64,000 nucleotides of DNA, taken from positions 1-64,000 of the forward strand of contig MCFE01000222.1 of the NCBI GenBank assembly GCA_002104905.1. Direction: 5' to 3'. Positions 38,761 through 49,149 of this stretch are shown one piece after another. Position 1 is the first letter of the stretch, and every line of letters starts with the position of its first letter. The position numbers and the translations under genes are program-made. Source of the DNA: Basidiobolus meristosporus CBS 931.73 (lineage: Eukaryota > Fungi > Basidiobolomycota). Below the pieces are notes generated by a model. The model made no database searches. It worked only from the letters and a program-made list of their open reading frames with translations, and was not told the origin of the DNA.

Positions 38761-38779
38761 TATATATTGCATTGCTGGT

Positions 38780-39400
38780 AGAAAACAGGTATATACTTGT
38801 CACAACATCACCTCCACAAGTATTAGCCAGTATGTTGTCAGCTCATACTAGAGCATTGGTGAGGTAAAGAGGTGCAGTGGCTAATAGGATAAATGAGATG
38901 GATTAATGAAATCAGGAAATAGTCCAGAGACAGGAAGAGCAGATAAAGAATGTATACCTAACAATATTGCAGGTGGAGAATTTAGTATCTAGGCTGCAAA
39001 GAAGGAACTCAAGTAGCTCAGTTTCATGGCTGCAAATAGAGCCATCTCCTGATGTGACCACAGAGTAGCACCATGCAGTCCTGATGAGCAACAGTAGTGC
39101 CTAACCATAGAGCCCTCAGAAGTATCTAATAGTGTGTGGGAGGGAGAGAGTGTGATCTTTATACCTAAGCCTTAAAATTGAAAGGCATTGAGATCCAAGA
39201 AGCTGTTGACTTCACTGATAAATAGTGGGCTAATAGTAGAAGGTATCTCAGGTATATTAGAAACTATCAAAGGTAGAAGTGCCAAGGGCACTGCCCATAA
39301 ATTAGCTGCTACCTCAGGAGCTTGCTACAAGCAGCAAAGAAACATCAGAGTGCTAGAAGAGTGCTGGAAAGGGATATCAGGATGAAGCAGGTGCATTAGT
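38780..39400 (+). repeat. Family D fragment
   Basis: Colinear in reverse with about 1-640, with an internal deletion. Confidence 0.6.
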
Positions 39401-40594
39401 GCAGCATTTATCAAGTAAAAAACATAGTCCAATAAAAGAAGCACTTGGTCAACACAGTAGTGAAAGACCTGGCATTATTAAGAACCTCTGGCTTTCTCAG
39501 GAACCTGGCACAAGCAAGGCCAAAAGCTTGAAACAAGTAGCAAAGACACCTCAGGTTGTCAGGAGAGTGGCAGTAAGGGACAAGCAGGCAAAATGCATTT
39601 GCCTGTGCAGCATTTATCAAGGATACAATCTAGTATAATATAAGACCACTCTTGAGATGCCATTGACTTTGTTATGAAAGAGGTAAGGTAAAGGGGAAAA
39701 AATCTACCCAAGGCAGAGACAGTTAAATATCAGAAAAAAGCTCCAGTTCCATCAATCAATTCCATCAGCTCAGAACTGCCTGAATTCCGTGATAGCCAAT
39801 AAGAATTACCAGCAGGACAACAGCATTTTTCACAAGAGTTGGTAGTGCAGCCTGTTGAGCCACACTCCAATGATGTAGATGAGCTTTCAGAGAAAGGCAG
39901 TTCATCTACCACTGCCTAAATGTCCTCCATTGTAGACAGAGTGGAGATTTTACTGACAGACAAAGCAACAACATCATGAGCAAAAAAGACTAACACAATG
40001 CCTACAGTAAAACTTTTGTCATCAATAGGCACACCAAGAGGTGCATTTATTTGATAGCATGCTAATATATTAGAAAGAAGTATTTGAAGTGAGATGGAGT
40101 ATTAAGAATTTACATGAGATTGCTTGTTTATGTATTGTGTTGCAACACAGTATTTATACTTATTGCAAAACTAAACTATTATAATTTAAGAAAATGCACT
40201 TGAATATTGCAGGTATTTATTGCAAAGACTGGCAGATGAAGTGCTAGATCTTGCAGTGCTGGCTGAAGACCAGGACATATGGGAACCAGTGAATGAACAA
40301 TGGCATATAGCTGTATGGTTCCTGCCACAGTCTTAGAAAGGGTGTCATAGCTTAAATAGCTATTTAATGGTAGATTTTGATGGAGTTATTTGTTGAGTGT
40401 GAGGTTAATCTTAATGTAGTGTTTGATATAGGGTCTTGTAGTAGTCAGAATCATTATCAATGAGTTGCAACTGAAGCTTAAAAGGAAGTAAACAAATTTG
40501 AATGCGTGAAAAGTAAGAGCCTTGATTGATTTAGGAAGTAAACAGTATGAAAGGGAGGAAGTAATCAGTCAATGATCTTATATGAAATATAAAT

Positions 40595-40695
40595 GGACAC
40601 TAATGTGATTGTTGAATTTTCATATATTATGCATAAGGCATCTTGGATTGCACTGACATTGATGAGATCACCTCAGTTACAGATTTCTTATTGGC
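40595..40695 (+). repeat. Remnant of the PHIS intergenic region
   Basis: Matches about 44390-44485 (GTGATTGTTGAATTTTC...GCATCTTGGATTGC). Confidence 0.6.
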
Positions 40696-40739
40696 TTTTG
40701 AGCTTTTAAGTAATTTGTCAGTATAATATCTGAGCCATT

Positions 40740-41444
40740 AAACTTGCTCCATTAGATAGTACCATATAGTGCCATTGTGTGCCAGAGAGGCAAAGCAGAC
40801 CTAAATTGGACCACAGAGTGTGAAACATAGGTCTTAATACTCATAAATACAGCCTCTATTCCTCACCAATTGTGCTGGGGAAAATCCATTTTTGACCTTG
40901 TTATTGGAGTCAGTGTTGTGCAGAATGTGTGTAGAGCACAGAAGAACTGACAATATCTATCTGATACTCAATACTAATGACACTCTGAATTTAGCCCCTG
41001 CAGCTTGTAACATGAGACAAAAATGCATGGCACAATCTCTGTCTACTGGTACTTTGTGGCACTATGAGTGCTTTGTGTAGGTTCTATTTTAGCACTAATA
41101 CTTAAGTATAGTGCCAGATAGTACCAATGGACAGAGATAGTGCCATGCATTTTTGTCACATGTTACAAGCTGCAGGGGCTAGATTCAGAGTGTCATGGGT
41201 ATTGAGTACCAGAATGATATCTTCAGTTCTTCCGTGCCCTACACACATCCTGCACAACATTGATCCCAAAAAAAGGTCAAAAAATGGATTCTCTCCAGCA
41301 CAATGGGTAAAACATAGGGGCTGCTTTGCAGGAAGATGAAGAACTCTGTTTTTTACTCTGTGGCCAAGTATAGGTCCACTTGGCCTGCCTGGCATGCTAT
41401 GGCATTATTTGGCACAATGTGGTAATATCCAACAGAGCAAGTCT
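40740..41444. mobile_element. Foldback MITE (~705 bp) with PHIS-like termini
   Basis: Ends ATT|AAACTTGCTCC and GAGCAAGTCT. Arms 40740-41065 and 41108-41444 are inverted around a 42-bp loop. Carries TGGCACTAT motifs. Confidence 0.85.
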
Positions 41445-41630
41445 TTGGTTTAAGGATGATTTTTGCTGCATAAAGATAATACACATTAGACTTGTTCCAT
41501 TGTACCGTGCCAGGGCGCGCGGTGCGATCTGTGGTCGCAAAGAACGATCGGGCGCAATATTATAGCTACCAGAAGGCAGGATCGTTCTTGGACGATTTCG
41601 CACTATGCAGGACGATTTTGCACTATGCGG

Positions 41631-42434
41631 TGTGGTAGGGTAAACATACCTCCCACAGACAAGTTTATTCATATAGTCATTATGATATACTTATCCATAT
41701 TTTATCTTATCAGTATTATCCCATTCTTCTTTTGCCCATATTATCAGTATTATCCCCATATGATGTTTACCCTGATTAGTTATTAGCATTAGTTATCCCA
41801 TATGTTATTCAGCTTTGTGATCAGTAGATGTATCTATATAAGGCAAGTACCCGCGTCAGTACCCGTGACACATGACCTAGGTCTGTGTTACCATCTCTAC
41901 CATTTCAATACCATATATGGTATTTCTATGTTGCACAGGTTTCAGACTACTGATTCCTGATTGGTTGAGAGTGCTGTGCCTTTTAGAACCTTCCAGGACA
42001 TTCTTGGCATATTTTTAGCTCATAGTGATGTCATCAAGAATTCCACTGATACCTAGAATCTTCTAGAACCTTGTCATTTGTAATCACTTGGCAATCAGGA
42101 AAAGTATTTAAGGGAAAGCAATCCCTCATCAATAAATCATCCCTTCTATCAGTAACACTTCTACCTTATTGATTAGCAGTTGATCACTGCACCTGCCTTC
42201 AACAGTACATCTCAGACCTGCCATCAAGGAGCTTTTCAGGGTAGTGCACAAGACACACAGAGGCCTTTGGAGACACTTGGAGCACCTAGGAAGCTAGAGA
42301 AGCAGGAGCTTTTACCATAGTGACATATTGACAAAGACACCAGCAGTTTAGACACAGAGGTTATTGCACCCATCAGACACCTCACACACCTTGAGTTGTG
42401 TAGCTTCTCCCAGGAGTACCTCTACACCACCACA
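41631..42434 (+). repeat. Solo LTR (LTR-C, 804 bp) inserted in the PHIS left end
   Basis: TGTGGT...ACCACA termini and 4-bp TSD GCGG (41627-41630, 42435-42438). The empty site is seen at about 6470-6490. Confidence 0.9.
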
Positions 42435-43056
42435 GCGGGACAATCTCGCACACTATGGCACAATCTGACACGATGAGGTTGGCGCGGATGATTGCGCCAA
42501 CATGTAAGGTTTGCATCATGTGCGCGATTGGATACTGCTATAATGGCAGGTAAAATCCGGTATTTGGATATGTTTCTTTAATGTAAATGGAAATAAATGT
42601 GTATCACACTATAAACTACACTGATACTTACCATTTTGGTTACCCTCACTCCAATTGGATGGTATCTCAGTGGTTAATTGGTCCAAAAGTATCCTGAAAC
42701 TGCCAGCTCCCAATTGGCTCATTGACTACTGAAAAAGCTACCTGATTTGCCATTAAATATCCCATTTTGCCCATTGAGCAAGTAAATCCCTGATCCTAGT
42801 GATTGGACAAGGTGTCATAGCTAGCACGCAAGCAATTGTGTAGGTGCAAAACAGATCCAATAGCTGCACTGGTAGTACATATGACGTATATATATGCAGG
42901 GTGTTTATTTATAGGGGTTCTGTCTCAAATGTGAGACGACCTTGATATTACTTATATCAAAAATTTGATGATCACTGATTTGCAATGGCTCAATTCGGAT
43001 CGCAAAAAAAGGGTTGTCGGGATCATTACAAATGTGAGCGATTCAAAGCAATCGCA

Positions 43057-44340
43057 TCATCTTCTCCTGGGTTTTTTTCTCACAGGGATTACTACTGAAG
43101 CATTTGGTAGTGACTCACTTTGCACACCTATACTACTTCCTGGCTGACTATCATCTTGGCTACTTGTGTATTTGTAGTCAGTATTTTGCCTCCTAGTTGA
43201 TGAGTGCAATGCTGCAGCTTGGCCGCGCTGAATCGCTCTGACTGAACCAACTGAACCGGCCTGTAGTGCCACGCGCTGACGCGTTCTTTTACTTGCCAAG
43301 GGCTCCGGTGGTTGAGGCACTTCATGTTGGTCATCATCAGTCAGTTCACCAGAAGTAACTTGCTGATGGTCAGGCAAGACAGCATGCGCAGGCGCGCCTT
43401 GACGCATTGAGATGGCCCTTGGCTGAGTTCAATGTGATGCCGCATGTTGACGTGACTCGGTCTGCTCCAATGGACTCGTGTCTAAATGAGCAGTTTGGCG
43501 AGTTCTCGTAGTTTTGCTCTGAAGCGCGCGCGTTGACCCGACGCGGGTTGACTCAATGCGCGTTGACTCGGCGCGGGGCGTTCTGGTAAAGGGTGTTGGC
43601 GTACTCTGGACTGACGTGCGCCGGCGCGCTGTGGTTGCAAGAGATGGTAGGGAATCCAGCAAGGCGTGCTGGCGCAATCTAGACAATGTTGCTTGCGGTC
43701 TGTATTCTTCCTCCTGAAGCTCACCATCTGATTCCTCACGGTATTCACTTACCCTCTGTCTGATACTTTGGAGCTGTTGCCTGGATGAGTCCTGTGTATA
43801 TTGCTCTTGGAAGCCACTTAGCTCTACTAATATATCACGTAGTACATTAGTAATTTGAGGCAAAAACTGATTCAAAATCTCTTTGGTTCCCAAAGTTGAG
43901 GCACAAACGGACGCGTCCGGCCCATACTGTGCAAATTGCGCGCGAAATTGTTCCCGCGCGGCTTCCTTGTCAAATCCCCTCACTCTCAGCTCATTCTTGA
44001 TTTCAATACTTGTCTTGTTATATATCTTTTTACATACATTGGCTGGCATCTTGATGTAGCACTCATGCCACAGCTTTCTACTTAAATTCTTCCATCTTTG
44101 TCAACTCTCTGAGGTATCTAGTTCTGCTAGATTAATCAGTAGTGCCCAAATATCTGTATGAAGGCTCATCATAGACACTTGGGCCATACTAAAATCATTT
44201 GGCAAGAACTTGAATGGATCCGACATCGACTTTTCCGGTCCGGACCGCGCTTATGAGCTGGGGGATGGGTTTTGTCTGGGTTGTACTAAAGATGAGTTGA
44301 GGCTTGGTATGGGGACCATAGCAACGGATTTGGATACTTA
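43057..44340 (-). pseudogene. PHIS companion ORF, CpG-rich copy with in-frame stops
   Basis: Same frame as 7189-8334. TGA at 44101-44103 and 43429-43431 and TAA near 44250, all CAA in the other copy. True start codon uncertain. Confidence 0.75.
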
Positions 44341-44678
44341 TACAGCAGTATATTGGCATCAACCTGGTCTTATATGAAATATATATGAAAACTAAAGTGA
44401 TTGTTGAATTTTCCATATATTATGCATGATGCATCTCGGATCGCGTTGACATGGATCAGATCACATCAATCGCAGATTTCCTATTTGATTATAGACCTAT
44501 GATTAAACCATCAATAAAAGTACCAAGGCATTGTTTGCGGATGATTTTTGCGACATAATAATGGGATACATGGCAATTGATGGAGATTTAACCAAAATGT
44601 GTTAAAAATCAGATAAATAACACAGATCGCGCCAAATCAATTCAAACCGCCTCCATACAATCATCCATCAATTTTAAT

Positions 44679-45563
44679 ATGACTTACTCATCTGAATGGT
44701 CTTTTCTCATCAATCCCATCACTACTACTGGATTTCCTTTTGACACACTGGAGGAGATCTATACCAAGTACTGTGGACCATCAACCCCAATCTACTCAAG
44801 GAGATCCCTTGTTAAGCTTCTCTGCTATTACAAGAACTATTGCCCCACAAGGTTTCATCCCACCATCCATGGCAACAAAAGTCCTAGAAGCTTTCATTCC
44901 CAGCTGACAGCAATGGAGAACCACCTTGCAGAGGGTATGAATGACTTAGAGCAAGCTTGGAATACTAGGTTCAGAAGCTCCAATAGACTTCCATATCCCA
45001 GAGTGTTCAGCAACAGGTTCCATATAAGGAGTATTTTGGATACCTTCCCAGTGAGGATTAACAGACCTTCTAGAGGGCAGAGGCACTTTTATTCTGGCAA
45101 GTACAAGGCACACTGTGTGAAGTTTCAAGCACTGTCTGACATTGAGGGTAACATCATCTGGTTTAGTGGGCCATTTGCTGGAAGTAGGCATGACAAAGCA
45201 CTCTGGGTAGAGAATCATCCTGAATTCAGTAGAGGGGAGAAATGTATGGCAGACTTAGCCTATATAGGAGAGGATTGTCAGAGATTAGGATGTATTACAG
45301 CTTATAGGAAGCCAAGGAATGGTGTGCTTAGCAGGAAGCAGAAGCTCTACAATGAGATATTTAATCATTTCAGAGTAAGGGTAGAGCACACATTTGGATA
45401 TCTGAAGAGATTCAGCATATTGGCAGGTAAATACAGAGGAAAGTCATATATAGGAGAAAACAGCAGAATAGGTAAAATAGTTAAGATACTTATTAATGCA
45501 CAGTATGTTCATACAAGAAGACATCCACTGAGAGAAATGTGTCTGGAGCATTATGAAGAGTAA
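44679..45563 (+). CDS. Intact DDE transposase, PHIS/IS5-like (DDE_Tnp_4-like)
   Basis: 294 aa. LDTFPVRINRP, FYSGKYKAHCVKFQ, GSRHD, ADLAY, RVEHTFGYLKRFSIL. Confidence 0.92.
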   Translation: MTYSSEWSFLINPITTTGFPFDTLEEIYTKYCGPSTPIYSRRSLVKLLCYYKNYCPTRFHPTIHGNKSPRSFHSQLTAMENHLAEGMNDLEQAWNTRFRSSNRLPYPRVFSNRFHIRSILDTFPVRINRPSRGQRHFYSGKYKAHCVKFQALSDIEGNIIWFSGPFAGSRHDKALWVENHPEFSRGEKCMADLAYIGEDCQRLGCITAYRKPRNGVLSRKQKLYNEIFNHFRVRVEHTFGYLKRFSILAGKYRGKSYIGENSRIGKIVKILINAQYVHTRRHPLREMCLEHYEE

Positions 45564-45852
45564 ATAAAGCAAGGAAAGCACTATTCTGAGCAACATAAGT
45601 AAGATTGAGTAAAATTACCAGTAACTGTATCATACCACTGGCATCATGGTAGAAATTATAGTGCCAGATAGCGCCGTAGGGTGCCAGATTGATCCGGCAC
45701 TATAAACAGGCTGGCACTATGTGGCACTATCCAACGGAACAAGTCTATTGGAATTTACGGATATTTAATCCTGATAGAGGGAGAATCAGTAAGGTTTGAC
45801 TGATTATGCCAAACCAACTGAACTTATTCCAACTGAATCACTACCAATGTTA

Positions 45853-46440
45853 TATGACCTACTTCACTGTATGGTCTTTTCCTATTAGTTTTATTGCTAC
45901 CATTAGATTTACCTCTGATACATTGGAGGAGATGAAAACCAAGTACTGTGGACCATCTATCACAATCTACTCAAGGAGATCTCTTGCCAAGCTTCTTGGC
46001 TATTAAAAGAATTATTGTCCTACCAAGTTTTATACTACCATCCATGGCATGAAAAGTCTTAGGAGCTTTCATTTTCATCAAAGAGCAATGAAGAACCACC
46101 CTGCAAATAGTACAAATGACTTAGAGCAAGCTTGAACAACCAGACTCATTGGCTCCTATAGACTTCAGTATTGCTCGGTGTTCAGCAACAGGTAACATGT
46201 AAGCAGTATTTTGGATACTTTCCAAGTAAAGATTAACAGATCCTCCAGAGTACAGAGGCACTTTGATTTTTATAAATTCAGGGCACGCAGTGCAAAGCCA
46301 CAAGGGATCTCCTTGTGTAGATTGGGGTAGATGGTCCACTGTACTAGGTATAGCTCTCTGCTAATATTACAAAGGGAAATCCTGTGGTAGTGATAGGACT
46401 GATGAGAAAAGACCATAAATATGAGTAAGTCATGCTAGGA
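45853..46440. pseudogene. Decayed PHIS transposase fragments: plus-strand 5' half (45853-46290) followed by an inverted 5' fragment
   Basis: Aligns by eye to 44679-45110 and, in reverse, to 44679-44815. Confidence 0.7.
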
Positions 46441-47479
46441 CCAGCTGGTAATTATGTAGATTTGGTGCAATCAGCTTAACTTATTGGTCACTATGGTCCC
46501 TATACAAAGTCTCAGCACATCCTTGCAGAACACTCAGTAGTTCAGACATGTTTCTCATTACAGCTCATTTGAAGCAGCATTTATGGAGTTATAATCAAAA
46601 GAGTCCAATAACCATAGATACTAGGCTTCTATTGCTAGGATTATTATGGGGACTTTGATCACATGTAGCTTTTGGACCAGCTATTGATTCACATGTAATT
46701 CTCACAGGTGCTGCACCTATGTCCTGTCTAAACCGCTGCAGAATGTTGGATTTGTATCATATGTATTGCTTGCGCAATAGCCCATAAACTTTGATCCTTC
46801 AGAATTTTCATGTATATGACCTCCCCAGCTGAAAAACAAAGAGAGCCTCTCATCCTAGAATCTCTACACTACAATTACAAGCTCAAATGTTATGAGACTT
46901 CCCCTGAATCACTTGCACTACAGAGTATTCTGACTTTAGTTGGTACTACATCAGTGTAGAGGCTGCAAAGCTCAGCAGAATCCAAACCAAGTCTACAACA
47001 ATATTACCACCTTTGTGTTGGAATAGTCCCCTCTAAAAAGCCCCTTTACTCTAAAGAACCCCCTTTAGACACTCCTTCAGTGTAAAGCCCACTTTGGAGA
47101 TCACTGTAAGAAGTCCCTTTACTCTAGTGACACCCCTTTGGAAACTCCTGTACCACACCCCTTTAGGTTGAAGGGGAGCTCAGAATTTCCATATTGGGAG
47201 GTGTTTTCTCAGCAAGGAAAGTAACTTTCACAAAAGGAAAAGTTACTATAAAGGCAAATAAGCTCAATAGCTCACAGAAGGTCAGAACACTGCTGTAGAA
47301 GTGAGGAACACTGCCTGTAGTATATGTTGAGCCTACAACTGAGAATATTAGTGAAAGTTATATCTTCAATTGGTATATAAGACTCCTGATAAACTATTTT
47401 AGTACTTGCATACCAAGTTGTTGTATATTGTTGATTAACCTCTACATTGTAGAACAAGCCCAAACCAATCATAATACAA

Positions 47480-49068
47480 CACAACAGATACCAGCAGAAA
47501 TATTTAGGAAGATATATAACAAGAGAAGTATTGAAGCTAACAATGAGCTAAAATTGGGGGATTCAATCAGGAAACTGTATGCAAGTAATTACATGCACAA
47601 TTTGCTCAGCATGGACTAGATCTGTCTGTATGAGCCTCAACTTTGGGAGCCAAGATGATTCTGAATGCATTTTTGCCTCTAATGACTGATGTACTAAGTG
47701 AGATATTAGTTGAGTTAAAAGGCCCCAGAGAGAATTATACACTAAGCACATCTTGATGGATTTCCTACTATCCCTTGCAATGCCAGTGTGCCAGCACATG
47801 TCAGTCCAATTTATGTCAACACCCTTCACAAGAGTGCCATGCATTAGGTCAATGCATGCAATTCAGAGTTAAACTACCAGAACTTGCTAAACTGCTCAAT
47901 TAGGCATAAGACCATTGGAGTAGGCCTGGTCAAGTGAACAGGTGGCATCACATCAAATTCAGCCAAGGGTCATACCAATGCATCATGTTGCCCCTGTGCA
48001 TGCTATTAGAACTAACCATCAGCAAGTTTCTTAAGGTGATCTGACTGCCAATAACCCACTGGAAGTGCCTCCACCACAGGAGCCTTTGGCAAGTAAAAGA
48101 ATGTGTCAGTGCATAGCACTTCAAGCCAGTTCCATAACATCATCCAGAGTAATTCAGCATAACCAAACTCCAGCACTGCACCCATTTACTAGGAGGCAAA
48201 ATACCAATTACAAGTACACAAGTGGCCAAGATTATAGTCAGCAAGGAAGTAGTTTGGGTGTGCAAAGTCAATCACTACCAAATACTGCAGTGGTGATCCC
48301 TGTGCAAGAAAGACCTAGGATAAGATTATGCACTTGCATCAAATAACTATGATTATCATGTTCCAAACAACACATTTTTTTGCAGTCTCAATCAAGCCAT
48401 CACTAACCAATTTTCACTACATCTGTTAAATAGGTATTAACAAGGCTGTCTCACATTTGACACAATACCTTGATAAATAAACACTCTGCCTACTTATATA
48501 TCCTCTGTAGCACAAGTGCAGTTATTTGATCTGCTTTGCACCTACACAATTGGTTGCCTGCTAGCTATGATACCTAGCCCAATCACTAAGAACAGGGATT
48601 TACTTGCACAATGGGCAAAATTGGATATTTAATGGTAAATGAGGTAGCTAGTGTATCAGTCAATGAGCCAATTGGGGGCTTGCAGCTTCAGGACACTTTT
48701 AGATCAATCAATCACCTACATATCATCCAATTGAAGTGATGGTAACTAAAATGGTTAGTATGAGTGTAGCTTATAGTGCTACATGCATTTATTTCCATAT
48801 ATACTGAAGAAACATATCCAAATATCTGATTTTACCTAATAGAACAGTGGTGTCCAGCTGCGTACATGTTGCAAACATTCTGGGTTGGTGCAATCATCCA
48901 TGGCAACATTATTGTGTCAGATTGTGCCATAGTATGGAAGATTGTCCCACATAGTGCCAAATTGACCAGGAGCAATCCTGCCTACTGGTAGCTAAACCAT
49001 TGTGCCCAATTGCTGTTAACAACCAAGGATGCACCACACACCCTGGCACAGTACAACAGAATGGGTCT
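47480..49068 (-). mobile_element. Old PHIS left end (companion ORF remnant on the plus strand, degenerate left TIR at about 49054-49068)
   Basis: QIPAEIFRKIYNKRSIEANNEL and YKYTSGQDYSQ homologues. Ends CCCTGGCACAGTACAACAGAATGGGTCT. Confidence 0.75.
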
Positions 49069-49149
49069 TATATGTGGGATACCCAAGGCATTAATGGGTA
49101 AGCAAATATAGAGGGGTGACCCTACAGTGGAATGTATGAATGCCACAAG

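Larger units (their letters stand above)
41488..45746 (+). mobile_element. Full-length two-gene PHIS (PIF/Harbinger-IS5-like) DNA transposon, ATT TSD (Pangu-like)
   Basis: TIRs AGACTTGTTCCATTG (41488-41502) and CAACGGAACAAGTCT (45732-45746). ATT at 41485-41487 and 45747-45749. Divergent transposase and companion ORFs. Confidence 0.92.

Noticed and set aside
45655-45735. CRISPR-like or iteron array from repeated TGGCACTAT motifs
   Set aside because: Short, irregularly spaced motifs in both orientations within transposon subtermini. No spacers or cas genes.
47200-47260. Helitron 3' end
   Set aside because: The hairpin is AT-rich and is not followed by CTRR at the expected spacing. No Rep/Hel sequence nearby.
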